A DNA stretch of 63,616 nt, counting the filler, from Octopus bimaculoides (lineage: Eukaryota): the NCBI RefSeq assembly GCF_001194135.2. It is 6 parts of 5 records of this genome, joined end to end, with 100 filler letters (N's around TTAATTAATTAA, not from the genome) between each part and the next. Parts side by side here need not be neighbours in the genome. Positions count along the whole stretch, not along the records: positions 1 to 22,569 come from NC_068985.1; 5 more parts are not named here. One strand, written 5' to 3'. A model generated the notes under the pieces. The model searched no databases, was not told the origin of the DNA, and was given only the letters and a program-made list of their open reading frames with translations. Of this stretch, positions 1-12,175 are shown piece after piece (positions within the stretch are counted from its first letter, which is position 1; each line of letters opens with the position of its first letter). The position numbers and the translations under genes are program-made.

Positions 1-280
1 GGAGTATATGCTAACTGCCATTTAACTTTTCGAGAATAATGCCTTACAACATTGATATTTCCTAATTAAAAAAGCAATCTTGCTTATTTCTTACCATTAA
101 CTTCAGTCTTTGTGAGTAAGAATTTTATGTGGTTCCCAATGATAACGATAATAAATTATTTTTGTTATTGTCAGTATTTATTTCATAATGGAGAATGTCT
201 CAAAAATAATTCTGTAGATCTCATTAAAGTTAAAGAGGAAAATAAACCCACTTATTTTGCATATTACTTTTAAATAATAT

Positions 281-690
281 TCTTTTATCTTTTTACTTGT
301 TTCAGTCATTTGACTGCAGCCATGCTGGAGCACCACCTTGAAGGGTTTTATTCAAACAAATTGACCCCCAGGACTTACATTGTTTTCTAGAATCCTGGTA
401 CTTATTCTATCAGTCTCTTTTTCCAAACCACTGAGTTACGTGGACATAGACACACCAACACCAGTTGTCAGGTGGTGATGCGGGAACAAACATGGACACA
501 CACACACACACACACACATATACAACAGGCTTTTTCAGTTTCCATCTACCAAATCCACTCACAAGGTTTTGGTTGGCCCAAGTCTATAGTAGAAGACACT
601 TCCCCAAGGTGCCACATAGTGGGACTGAATCTGGAACCTGGAACCATGTGGTTGGGAAGCAAGCTTCTTACCACTCAGTCATGGCTTAGG
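281..690 (-). mobile_element. tRNA-derived SINE, family A (degenerate copy)
   Basis: Shares blocks TTCAGTCATTTGACTGCAGCCATGCTGGAGCACC, CCAAATCCACTCACAAGG and CCCAAGGTGCCAC..GGGACTGAA with copies at 14665, 20172 and 47320; tRNA-like head lies at the right end on the minus strand. Confidence 0.85.
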
Positions 691-1039
691 CTTAGGCTTA
701 GACCAGCTTACAGTTCTATACATTTCTAAACAACAAAAGGTTAGAGGAACCAATTCATTATAAAAGAGCTCAAATTTATTAATTGTAATTGATTCTTCCC
801 TCTTTTAAATAGGAGGAGGAGGAGGATTAATATCTCAGGAATTTAAGACCTCTTAAAAAATATTTTTAAGAGGTCTTGGGCCAAAAATATTTTAAGAGGC
901 CTAATCAGAAAAGCTATGGCTTTAATTACACCTTAGTGTCAAATGACTCTGCCCACATATACTAATAACGCAATTAGCCATTTAATGTTTTGAAGTTGAA
1001 ACTTCATCACTGTTTGCTGCATAAATCTCTCTATTTTAA

Positions 1040-1227
1040 TATTGGTTTCAAATTAGACACAAGGCCAGTAATTTCGGGGGAGGGTGCTACTTATTTTATC
1101 AACCCCAAAAGTGGATGAAAGTTAAAGTCGACCTCGGCAGAATTTGAACTTAAAACGTTAAGGCTGATGAAATGCCACTAAGCATTTTGCCCAGTGTGCT
1201 AACGATTCTGCCAGCTTGACACCTTAC
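1040..1227 (-). mobile_element. tRNA-derived SINE, family B
   Basis: Reverse complement of the GAGCTGGCAGAA..TGCTTAG..GAGTTCAAATTCTGCCGAGGTCGACTTT..CATCC consensus seen in many copies in this window. Confidence 0.85.
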
Positions 1228-1255
1228 TCCCTATTTTAAAATTAAGTACAGAAAA

Positions 1256-1712
1256 AAGACAGTGAGCTGGCAGAATCATTAACACACCAGGCAAAATGCT
1301 TAGAGGCATTTCATCCTTCCATACGTTCTGAGTTCAAATTCTGCCGAGGTTGACTTTACCTTTCATCCTTTCAAGGTCGATAAATTAAGTACCAGTGAAA
1401 TGCCGGGGTCAATGTAATCAACTAGTCCCCTCCTCCAAAATTTTAGGCTTTGTGCCTTTAGCAGAAAGGAATATTGACTACAGAAAAAGGGCAGTGAACT
1501 TGCAGAATTGTTACCGCACCAGTCAAAATGCATAGCAACATTTCTTCCAACTTTACATTCTGAGTTCAAATGCCACTGGGGTCAACTTTTCCTTTCATCT
1601 GTTCAGGGTCGATAAAATAAATACCAGTTGAACACTGGGGTCAATGTAATCAACTTATTCACTTTCCCAAAATTGCTGGCCTTGTGTCAAAATTTGAAAC
1701 CAATATTAAGTA
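1256..1712 (+). mobile_element. Two tandem family B SINEs (about 1256-1470 and 1485-1712)
   Basis: GAGCTGGCAGAATC head, B-box-like GAGTTCAAAT, AAATTAAGTACCAG body and GTGCCT tail, repeated twice. Confidence 0.85.
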
Positions 1713-1715
1713 CAG

Positions 1716-2087
1716 ACAAGAGCACTCAGAGAGCACAAACCTCAGCCAAGGCAACACCAAAGTCCTCTCAATGATTAGCCAGAGACGATTTTAAAAATGA
1801 GAATATCTGAAATAGACTTGACTACTCTCACAAATGAGAATCCTAAAAATGAACCCGGATGCTCTTAAAAATTAAGTAAAAAAACAGGAAAAATAATCCA
1901 GAATCGTTGTTCGGTACTGGATCAATCCCAAAATCTAATCAGTTCATGCCAGTCACAAGGCCAAACATCCCTGAAAGTTTCATCTGAATCCATCCAACGG
2001 TTCTTGAGATATCATGTCCATGGACAAACAAGCAAATAAACACAACTGAAAACAATACCTCTGCTTTCGCTAAGGTGGAGGTAAAAA
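1716..2087 (+). mobile_element. Helentron-associated non-autonomous element (HINE/DINE-1-like)
   Basis: 5' subterminal ACCTCAGCCAAGG (about 1739-1751); 3' hairpin TACCTCTGCTTT-CGCT-AAGGTGGAGGTA (2056-2083) preceded by ACAAACAAGCAAATAAACA; internal GGATCAATCCCAAAATCTAATCAGTT..TTCATCTGAATCCATCC block typical of these elements. Confidence 0.65.
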
Positions 2088-2359
2088 TAAGTAAAGTCCA
2101 CTTATTACATTGATACATGGGTAATAGATACAGCACATTTGATGGCATAAAAGACGCATGAGCATATTAGATGCATCTCAATTCCTGCATTGCATTTTCT
2201 AGGAAAAAAGTTTTAGTGCATTAAAGTATGTAATATTGGCACAACTTTGTATATAGGACCCAGGATGATTTTCTTGAGACATTTTTGGTGGGGAAAAAAA
2301 TAAGTGTGGCTTGTATGCTATAAAATACAGCATTGACTGTGTTCCCATTTATGCCAGCA

Positions 2360-2660
2360 TATGTGCGTGTATGAAGGGTGTGCGTGTATGTGTGTGTGTG
2401 TGATGTGTGTGTTGTGTGTGTCTCTGTGTGTGTTGTGTGTGTGTGTGTTGTGTGTGTCTGNNNNNNNNNNNNNNNNNNNNNNNNNNNNNNNNNNNNNNNN
2501 NNNNNNNNNNNNNNNGTGTCTGTGTGTGTGTGTGTGTGTATCTGAGTCTCGGTGTCTCTGCATGTGTATTGTGTGTGTGTGTGTGTGCGCGCGTGTCTGT
2601 ATCTGTGTGTCTGTGTCTTTGTGTGTAATGTGTGTGCGTGATGTGTGTGTGTGGGGGGGG
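2360..2660. repeat. Imperfect (TG)n microsatellite spanning a gap
   Basis: Direct inspection. Confidence 0.95.
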
Positions 2661-3404
2661 ATTGTACATCATTGTAATATTATTTTCCACCCCCCTCTCT
2701 GCTTCTTTGCGTCTACTCCTTTACCTTCTCCCTCTTCTTTTATCTCACCACTACTTCAACACTACTTTGAACTGTAATTCTGTGTGTGATTGCTTGATGT
2801 ATTATACCTAGTTATTTTCCTACCCACCCTTTTTATCCCCCACATTACTTTAATCAGTGACATCAACTACCCCTTGTTGTATCTATCTACCTGTCTGTCC
2901 AACTTTTTTTACCTTACCACTTTCATTCACCTTGTATCCTCAGCTTCTCACCTTCTTGTTTGATAATCCTTTTGCCAACCAAACCAGTCCCTTGACTTCA
3001 GTTTTAGCCCCAATTTCCTAACTGTCAGATGAGCCAAAGTAAAGAAATATTATTTCGTATAATCTTTCTGGCAAATAAACTTTATTTACAGATTTCCCTT
3101 TTTTCTGTTGCAGATGTTATTTTTTTTATTTTTTATTCCAGATTCCACCCTATTTAAATATTATTTTAATGAAGAAATATTCTAATGGAGAGAGAAAGTA
3201 AGAAATTCTGGGGAGAAGTGAATGGCAGAAAGTCTTCAAAAAAGAAGCCTCACCACATTATGCAAGTGTTTCAGCTTTTTATTCCTTACAGCGATTTTAT
3301 TTCCCGACCCAGAAATGTTTTTTTTTGTTTTTACAAAACAACAAAGTGGTTAAAATTTAGGCAACTTAACTTCAGTATGTGTATACACATGCACACACAC
3401 ACAC

Positions 3405-4205
3405 ACACACATATTGACCATGAACTCTGCTGTGCTTGCACACTAAGTTTTACCATACTAGCTCACTTCCGCTGTTTAAAGCAGTGCTTGAAAGGAAGGT
3501 GTGTAGCATGTGATTGTCGCATTGACCATGGCAGAGAGAGTTGAGCAGAGAATCTGCATCAAATTTTGCTAAAAGCTTGGCGATACCTGTTCAGAGGCCT
3601 ACGCAAAGTTTTCAAAAGTTTGCATAGTTCTTGACACAATCAAAGAGATCTTGTACAACTGAAACCCAAGTGTCCTTTTGGTCAGCTGAAAGTGGTTTCT
3701 CATTCCCAGAATCTTCAGTGATAATGGACTGAACTGAAGCGTAACTAATCTGCACATCCTCTGATAACTCACAGATGGTGATTCGACGATTTCCCCTCAC
3801 AGCTGTATGCACATCTGCAATGTTTTTCTCAGTTCAGCTGGTTGCGGGTCTCCTTGAATGTTCGTCAACATCAACATTTTTGTGGCCATCTTGGAAACTT
3901 CTGAGCCATTCATACTCTTGTGTGTGGCTCATGCACTCATCTCCATACACTTTCTGCAACTTTGCGTAAGCCTTTGAGCAGGTATCGCCATGTCAACTTT
4001 CTCTGTCATGGTCAATGTGACAATCACATGCTACACACCTTCCTTCCAAGCACTGCTGTAAACAACAGAAGTGTGCTAGAACATTAAAACTTAGTGCGCA
4101 TACACAGCAGAGTTCAAGGTCAATCTTTGCCAAGTGGCTTCACTCTGCATGTTTTAGCTTCGATACTATGACAGCAGTCCGGATACTTATTGATCAGACC
4201 TCATT
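3405..4205 (-). mobile_element. Mariner relic with inverted duplication of its 5' end (foldback)
   Basis: Minus strand: terminal GAGGTCTGATCAATAAGTATCCGGAC at about 4175-4203, then decayed HTH region (..KLQKVYGDECMSHTQEYEWLRSFQDG..HSRRP..VHTAVRGNRRITICELSEDVQISYASVQSII). 3410-3610 is the reverse complement of about 3958-4130. Confidence 0.85.
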
Positions 4206-4734
4206 TGGGCTACCTGATGCCATCCACAGTAACGATATAATTTTCAATGAATCTACCTCAGGAAATTCACAGTGTTTGTTGAGTTTATAGTTGATAAAGG
4301 AAATGGAAGATAGATATAAGTTTTAATTATTTGGTGTAGCAACTCAAAAAGTTGTAAAAGAATCCAATATTTCTTGAGAATGCTAATGGCCTTCATCTTG
4401 ATCTAACATGAAAGCTTAGCTTGGCCTTCATTTTGATCCAACACGAAGTTGGGTAGATCATGTACAACAAATGTAATAAGTCACCAATCTTAGGTAAGTC
4501 TATACAAAGTCACTTGACTTGTTAGAAATAGTAGCTAAATCTTCCTCCCTGGATCACTCTGCCATCTTAAATAGAATAAAAGACAAGCTTAAGTAGTTCT
4601 AGATATGCTCTCAGTAATAAGATAATTACTCTAAGCAAGGCTTTTGTGATGAGTTTAGTCAGGGATTGCAAGGTTACTTTCAGAATCTCTTTCCAATATG
4701 TTATTGCTCATTTTTAAATACACAAGGGTGGAAG

Positions 4735-5182
4735 GTGGGAGCTGACAGAAATGTTAGCACACCAGGCAAAATGCTTAGTGGTATTTCGTCTGTCTTTACA
4801 TTTTGAGTTCAAATTACGCTGAGGTCAACTTTGTCTTTCATCCTTTCGGGGTTGGTAAATTAAGTACCCAGTTGCATACTGAGATCGATCTAATTGACTG
4901 GCCCCCCTCCACAAAAATTTGGGGCCTTGTGCCTAGAGTAGAAAAGAATATATGAAACTAAATTATGGTGCCGAGCTGGCAGAAACGTTAGCATGCCAGA
5001 AGAAATGCTAAGCAGTATTTCATGTCTTTACGTTCTGAGTTCGAATTCTGCCGATGTTGACTTTGCCTTTTATCCTTTTGGAGTTGATAAATTAAGTACC
5101 AGTTGCATACTGGGATCGATCTAATTGACTGCTCCCCACTCCCCAAAAATTTTGGGCCTTGTGCCTAGAGTAGAAAAGAATA
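4735..5182 (+). mobile_element. Two tandem family B SINEs (about 4735-4950 and 4965-5182)
   Basis: Both carry the head, GAGTTCAAAT/GAGTTCGAAT B-box and the tail GTGCCTAGAGTAGAAAAGAATAT. Confidence 0.9.
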
Positions 5183-5660
5183 TACAAAGGCAGACTGAAA
5201 AGTTCAGAGGCTGACTGTGAAGGAATGATGCTAGAGCTGTGAAATCTTGCATGCATTAATTTCAATATCTTCTCATTAATAACTGCATTGTTTCTTTCCA
5301 GATAAACTGGCATCTGACTGTTCAAGGAATGCTTCAAAAGTAACTGGTTGCGACTTTTCTTGAAAATGGACAAAATTTGGCTTCATGGTGTTATACAGTA
5401 CCTGCAGAAAAAGGGCTTAGACTCTAAGATCATTCATGGTGACATGGTTGCTACATTAGAGGATGAAGTTTCAAATGGAGAGTCTTGAAGATGACTCAAG
5501 GTCTGAACATCCTGCAATAGCCACTACTGAGGAAAACAGTGATTGTGTTCATCACATGGTGATGAATGACAGATGATTGATTATAAATCAAATAGCCAAT
5601 GCTATTAGCATTCCTCGTGAGAGAGTTGAGAATACTCTGCAAAAAGAACTTAGGATGACA
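5183..5660 (+). pseudogene. 5' fragment of a mariner transposase
   Basis: ATG near 5366 reads MDKIWLHGVIQYLQKKGLDSKIIHGDMVATLEDE, then frameshifted ESLEDD.RS..PAIATTEENSD.VHHMVMNDR.L..NQIANAISIPRERVENTL (mariner HTH motifs). Confidence 0.8.
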
Positions 5661-5714
5661 TTTCCTGGCTCAGTACAATATATGCTCTGTAACTAACTCT
5701 CACATAATCCTTTC

Positions 5715-5925
5715 TACTAAAGACACAAGGCCTGAAATTTGTGGGGAGGAGACTAGTCGATGACATTGACCCCAGTGTTTCACTGGTACTTAATTTATCA
5801 ACCCTGAAAGGATGAAAGGCAAAGTCAACGCCAGCGGAATTTGAAATCAGAATGTAGCGGCACATGAAATAATGCTAAGCATTTCACCCAGCATGCTAAC
5901 GATCCTGCCAGCTCGCTGCCTTAAC
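5715..5925 (-). mobile_element. Family B SINE
   Basis: Reverse complement of the family B consensus. Confidence 0.85.
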
Positions 5926-7207
5926 CAACTCTCACATAACATTGAGATAAGGTACACAGAAACACACACACACATTCATTATTATCATTATGTAATGTCT
6001 ATATTCCATACTGGTAATAGTTGGTTAAAAATGTATATATATATATATATATATATATGCTAGCATGAAAAGCGGACGTTAAATGATGATGATGGTGATG
6101 ATGATATATATATATATNNNNNNNNNNNNNNNNNNNNNNNNNNNNNNNNNNNNNNNNNNNNNNNNNNNNNNNNNNNNNNNNNNNNNNNNNNNNNNNNNNN
6201 NNNNNNNNNNNNNNNNNNNNNNNNNNNNNNNNNNNNNNNNNNNNNNNNNNNNNNNNNNNNNNNNNNNNNNNNNNNNNNNNNNNNNNNNNNNNNNNNNNNN
6301 NNNNNNNNNNNNNNNNNNNNNNNNNNNNNNNNNNNNNNNNNNNNNNNNNNNNNNNNNNNNNNNNNNNNNNNNNNNNNNNNNNNNNNNNNNNNNNNNNNNN
6401 NNNNNNNNNNNNNNNNNNNNNNNNNNNNNNNNNNNNNNNNNNNNNNNNNNNNNNNNNNNNNNNNNNNNNNNNNNNNNNNNNNNNNNNNNNNNNNNNNNNN
6501 NNNNNNNNNNNNNNNNNNNNNNNNNNNNNNNNNNNNNNNNNNNNNNNNNNNNNNNNNNNNNNNNNNNNNNNNNNNNNNNNNNNNNNNNNNNNNNNNNNNN
6601 NNNNNNNNNNNNNNNNNNNNNNNNNNNNNNNNNNNNNNNNNNNNNNNNNNNNNNNNNNNNNNNNNNNNNNNNNNNNNNNNNNNNNNNNNNNNNNNNNNNN
6701 NNNNNNNNNNNNNNNNNNNNNNNNNNNNNNNNNNNNNNNNNNNNNNNNNNNNNNNNNNNNNNNNNNNNNNNNNNNNNNNNNNNNNNNNNNNNNNNNNNNN
6801 NNNNNNNNNNNNNNNNNNNNNNNNNNNNNNNNNNNNNNNNNNNNNNNNNNNNNNNNNNNNNNNNNNNNNNNNNNNNNNNNNNNNNNNNNNNNNNNNNNNN
6901 NNNNNNNNNNNNNNNNNNNNNNNNNNNNNNNNNNNNNNNNNNNNNNNNTATATATATGCATGTGTGTGTATGCATGAACACGAAACTACTTGGCTAAGTA
7001 GTAATCTTCCATTCTCCTCAAAGCAATTATGACAGTGAAAGCTGATTAGGTCATTTTATCTAAACTGGAATGCACGATTTCCATGTTCATATTTGGATTT
7101 TTTGCTTGCTAATAATATTATTTGCTTTTGTTCATTCCTGAACTTGATGGGAATATAACAACAAGCCAGCCAACACTAAAAATCTCTAGAGAGATTTCTT
7201 TATAAAT

Positions 7208-7252
7208 GTACCTGAAGAGACCCAGACTGATGGGTCGAAACATATGTTGTAC
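7208..7252 (+). ncRNA. Minimal type I hammerhead ribozyme (Penelope-like pseudo-LTR type)
   Basis: Stem I GTAC(7208-11)/GTAC(7249-52); core CTGAAGA(7212-18); stem II GACCCA/TGGGTC with loop GACTGA; GAAA(7237-40); stem III AC/GT closing the palindrome CATATG; cleavage triplet GTT(7246-48); AATAAA at 7255-60. Confidence 0.75.
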
Positions 7253-7494
7253 CTAATAAAAGTCTAATATGAAATCCATCTCCTACTATTAATTAATACT
7301 ATTACCCTAACTGCCACTGTGGAGTTTCTGAAGTAGATCCAACAGAAGTATACCACAACTGCAGATGGCAACAGGTAGCCTAAACTGTACCAGTGCTCTA
7401 CTCAACATTTAAACACACTAATCGAATTATACATATTTGTCCAAATTATTTATTATTATTATTATTATATATATATATATGTATATGTATGTAC

Positions 7495-7725
7495 TCTCGG
7501 AGTAGTTGGAACACTCTCAGAGTGGTTGGTACACTCTCGGAGTGGTTGGTACACTCTCGGAGTGGTTCTACACTCTGGGAGTGGTTGGCGTTAGGAAGGG
7601 CATCCAGCTGTAGAAACTCAGCCAAATCAGATTGGAGCCTGGTGTAGCCATCTGGTTCACCAGTCCTCAGTCAAATCGTCCAATCCATGCTAGCATGGAA
7701 AGCGGACATTAAACGATGATGATGT
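7495..7725 (+). mobile_element. 3' end of an RTE-type LINE or its SINE partner, with (GAT)n tail
   Basis: GGAGTGGTTGGCGTTAGGAAGGGCATCCAGC..CATGCTAGCATGGAAAGCGGAC.TTAAACGATGATG, matching 13112-13370 in reverse, where RTE coding sequence is attached; 21-bp unit amplified about 4x at 7495-7580. Confidence 0.8.
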
Positions 7726-8754
7726 ATGTGTATGTATACACACACACACGCTGAGATTTTATACTAGCTCAAGCTCACAGATTCATAGAGACAGTAGGAA
7801 AACAGTTTAAGGAACTGAATCCAGGATTTGCTTGATCTGCTAGAGATAGCAGCCAAATATCCAGCCTTAGAAAAAAGACACATTGAATAACGTGGTTCTG
7901 AGTTTGTAAAAAATAAGATAGTCATAGCTGCAGTTCCTTTATCATACATCTGTCCAATCGAGATTATCCTTGGGCTAAACAATAACTGCAGCAACATCCT
8001 TGAAAAGATGAAAGACAAAGTTGACACGAGTACTTTTAAACTGAAGCCACATATCTTACAAAGAATATAATACTGGAAACTAGTTAGACCTGTGCTTTAT
8101 TGTTTTCACCATTCCACGAACATTGAATTCTGGGATGTAATTCAAGGAAAATTTGGCAGCCATTTCTTGTAGGTTGAGCAGCGACATAGAGGTTCCCTTA
8201 GTGGCTTGCAGTTGTAGTTCGTAGACTTGAGTGGGGAAGTTGAAGCTACTGTATTTATAGGATGCTGCTTTAAACGAAACATGAAATTCCTGCCATTACC
8301 ACCACTTCTGACACCAACTTCACCAATACTGTTAACACCACCAGCAACAACAACAACATCACCACAAATTGCACCAACACCACTAACACCAGCATCACTC
8401 TCAGCAGTACCACCACTACCACTGCCGCGGCTGCCGCCACCGCCAAAACCACCACCACAACCACCACCACCACAACCACCACCACCACCACCAAAATTAC
8501 TAGCAAAAATTACTTTCAGCCTGACTAGTCTACTATTAATCATGACTCTGGCCAGAAATAAAACTGGCTACAGGATAAAAAGTTAGATGGTATTTTGAAC
8601 TTTGACCTATTGAAGTTTTAAATAAGGGAAGTCAATCTACTTTTTATTCATTTATTTATCACTTTTTTTTTCAAAATTTATCTAATGATGAGGATAGTAA
8701 TAATAATAATAATAATAATATTGATGATGATGATAATGATAATAATAATAGTGA

Positions 8755-9720
8755 CCTACAATGCACAACACACACCACCCTAAAAGTAATACCAGCAGAC
8801 TCTACCTATCAAGAAAGGAAGAAGGCGGATTGCTAAATGCAGAAGACACCATTAGTACTGCAATAGTGAAGTTGAAAAATTATGTTTTATGTGGAATGAA
8901 GAAAAAGTATTATTGGTAGTTAAAGATGCACAAAAAGTTACTGAAGCAGCAGGAGAATTCAAGAACAACAAAGCATGCAGATGGAGAAAAATGGAATTAC
9001 AGGGTTAATTCATGCAACAAACTAAGGATGTTGGAAGTAAAGAACACTGGCACTAGGTAAGAGATGGAAACCTGAAATGAAAGAGCATAGTGTTGTTTAT
9101 AACCACTCAAAAACACCATAAGGATGAATCTGATAAAAGCAAAGATTGACAAAACTCAGACAGCAAATGTAGTATTTAGGGGGAACAAGATGAAAGTATC
9201 AATTATCTCTTGAGTGAGTGCAGTCGGCTAGCACAGAAAGAGTATAAGCACAGGTGTAACTGTGTAGGTGAAAGAGTACATCAGGATGTTAGCTGAGTGT
9301 GTGGATTTGAAATAACAGAAATGTGGTATGAACACAAACTCAAGACAGTGATAGAGAATGAGAATTATAGGATCTAATGAGACTTCCCCATAAAGATTGA
9401 CCATATTATTGAAGCAAGAGGGCCAGATATTATTATAGAGAACAAAATAAACAAACAGTATAAGATCATAGACTATGCAATTCCCTATGATAATCGAGTT
9501 GATTCCAAAGAAATTTTAAAAACTGAAATATCAGGATCTAGCTAGGGAGCTGAAAACTAAAACAATAATTATTCCTGTGGAAGACAAAGATAGCAATTAT
9601 TCCTGTGATAGCTGGTACACTTGGCACTACTTTCAAAATGCTACTGAAAGATATTGGAATTGAGACTCGCATTGTCAATCTGCAGAAAAGTACCATCTCT
9701 CACTGTTTCCTGTGACACAC
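8755..9720 (+). mobile_element. 5'-truncated, decayed R4/Dong-clade non-LTR retrotransposon
   Basis: Frameshifted HHPKSNTSRLYLSRKE.GG.L, ESINYLLSECSRLAQKEYKHR (CCHC region) and DFPIKIDHIIEARGPDIIIENK..KIIDYAIPYDNRVDSKE (RLE); begins directly after the (TAA/TGA)n tract at 8696-8750. Confidence 0.85.
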
Positions 9721-11604
9721 ACAAACTGAACACAAACACTGCAGTGTTCTCAAAACTTACATTTTAAAGGCATTACATGAACTTTTTCCTCACTTTGCAT
9801 GTGTTTCACATTTCAGTACAGTTTTACATATATGACCTCTGAATGTGGACAAATTTCCATTTAATTTCACTTTTGGCTTTTGTATTTAATATTTTAGTAC
9901 TTGCTTTGTCTGCAGTATTGCCAGCAAGAGTTTTACAATTTAAACTTTACACAAGCATACATGTATTGTTCTCTTATCTTATGTCTGTTATTGTCTGTAC
10001 ACAATTTGCTGCATGTTTTGTTAACGTTAACAGTATGTTGACCCTATAACTCTCAGTCTAACACCTCATTCTGAGTGTACATTTCTCTTCTGTGCATACC
10101 TGGCTTTATGTTTTTTGTTTTTTTTTTTACTTGTTTTACTCATTTTAATGCTCACATTACACATTGCTCTTTGGCATGTAATGATTTTGCTACCATTTCA
10201 TTTTCATTCAGTTACCTTCCAGCAACCTCACTGGTGAGGCAAGTACTGTAGTGGGGCTTAGAATTGAAACTGCATTAGCTCAGTAACAAGAGACAGGCTA
10301 TAGCAAATCAGGTAACTCACATTGAATTTTAACCAATAATATTTCAACTGCAATCAATGGAAAATTCTATGACTTTCCTGCCGAAACATGGCTAAAAATA
10401 TAAAAGTGTGGAGCAATGAGGCTGAGGTTTCAGGGGTTCCTGAGAAGACAGAATTCTTTGTTGCTGCTTGACCTCAGGTTAATCTATCTATCTATCTTGG
10501 TTGTCCGTCAGGATACTCCAAGACTGTTTCCACATTTCGTCCAGCATGCTGTTTCTACCAGCTTGCCGCCTTCATAATTATTTCTAGTTAGCTTTTTTAA
10601 TTGTATCAAACATTAAATACATTAACACTAACATAAGTATTGTCTTTCTTGAGGATGGCATAGGTGAAGTATTTAGTCTCTAAACAATTCTGTTTTCTGG
10701 TACTAACCTGCATACATTCTTGTACATTTACTAAGTGAGGTTTTTCTATTTGCAGGTACAATGAAGGTTGTGCCTTACTGATGAGGTCAGAATAAAACCA
10801 CAACCTGTTGAGTTGTCTCTCTATCTGCTATTAAAAAACCCATCTTATTTTGCAACACCAACCAATGTATATTCTTAAACATTTACTTAGTGTGTTTTCC
10901 TGTCACTACAGTTGTAAGTATAGTGAAGACTGTGCCTTGCTTGATGAGGTTAGAATAAGACCATAACTAGAGTTATGGCTTCTATTTGCTGAAAAAAAGA
11001 AAAAAGAAAACTGCATAAATTGATATTGGCTATTGACTAATATTGCTTCTTCATCTTTGCAGAATTATTTCAAGTAAGATTACTTTCATGATGTCAGTAT
11101 TAAGTGTGGTGACATTAAGTTAACTATACAATAAAAAGTAGATTATGAATAAATAAATATATGGACATGTGTCATATGTATTTAGTTTTTACTGAAATAA
11201 TATGGCTATGAGGGACTTTTCAACAGCTTAGGATAAGCTGGTTTAATTTTTCATTTAACACTTCATCAACATTCACTCTAAAACAGCTGGGTATATGAGT
11301 GGGAGGTCACTTATAAAAAATAATTAAAATTTTTGACTGATAGACTTCATTTACATAATGGTACATAATTGCATAGTTTGTAATCCCCAGCCAAGATTAA
11401 TAGGAGTTCCATGGGAATAATTTCACACCCATTGTCCAAACAACTTCAATATCAAGTATGACGTTCCCTTCTTGAAATTCACATCCTGTTTTATAGTTAA
11501 TATGCAGTCAGTTTAATTCTTCCCTTATATTTTCTGTCAGAAGAAAGATTAAGTCACTCCAGGCAAAATTTGACTCATGGTACACTTGGCTCTGAATAAC
11601 AGTA

Positions 11605-11830
11605 ATAATAACCCTTTTTTACTGTAGGCACAAGGCCTGAAATCTTGGAGGAGGGGAACTAATTGAATAAAATCGACTCCAGTGTTTCACTGGTACTTAA
11701 TTTATTGACCCCCAAAAGGATGAAAGGTAAAGTCTACTTTGGAGGAATTTGAACTCAGAATGTAGCGATGGGGAAAATACTGCTAAGCATTTTGCATGGC
11801 ATGCTAACAATTTTGCCAGCTAGCTGCCTG
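11605..11830 (-). mobile_element. Family B SINE
   Basis: Reverse complement of the family B consensus. Confidence 0.85.
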
Positions 11831-11832
11831 AT

Positions 11833-11843
11833 TAATAATAATG

Positions 11844-11882
<39 letters not shown>

Positions 11883-11918
11883 GTAGTAGTAGTAGTAGTA
11901 ATAATAATAGTAATAATA

Positions 11919-11953
<35 letters not shown>

Positions 11954-12129
11954 AATAATAATAATGACGAGGACGACGATGATAATGATGATGATGATAA
12001 TGATGATGATAATGATGATGATGATGACGACGATGACGACGACGATGATGGTGGGGGAAGGGGAGGAGATGAAGGTGATGAGGATGATAGTGATGGTGAG
12101 AATGAGAACGTTGATGAAGATGATGAAGG

Positions 12130-12175
<46 letters not shown>

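Noticed and set aside
5999-6997. ORFs of 150-350 aa made mostly of X (here and at all other large gaps)
   Set aside because: They are open only because N runs contain no stop codons
8142-8586. Pro-rich (+) and Gly-rich (-) ORFs of 119-133 aa
   Set aside because: Derived from a degenerate (CCA/CAA)n tract next to a SINE-like fragment; no domain or splice support
10778-10830. TGATGA motifs suggesting a C/D snoRNA (also about 31157)
   Set aside because: No downstream CTGA D box at a suitable distance and no terminal stem
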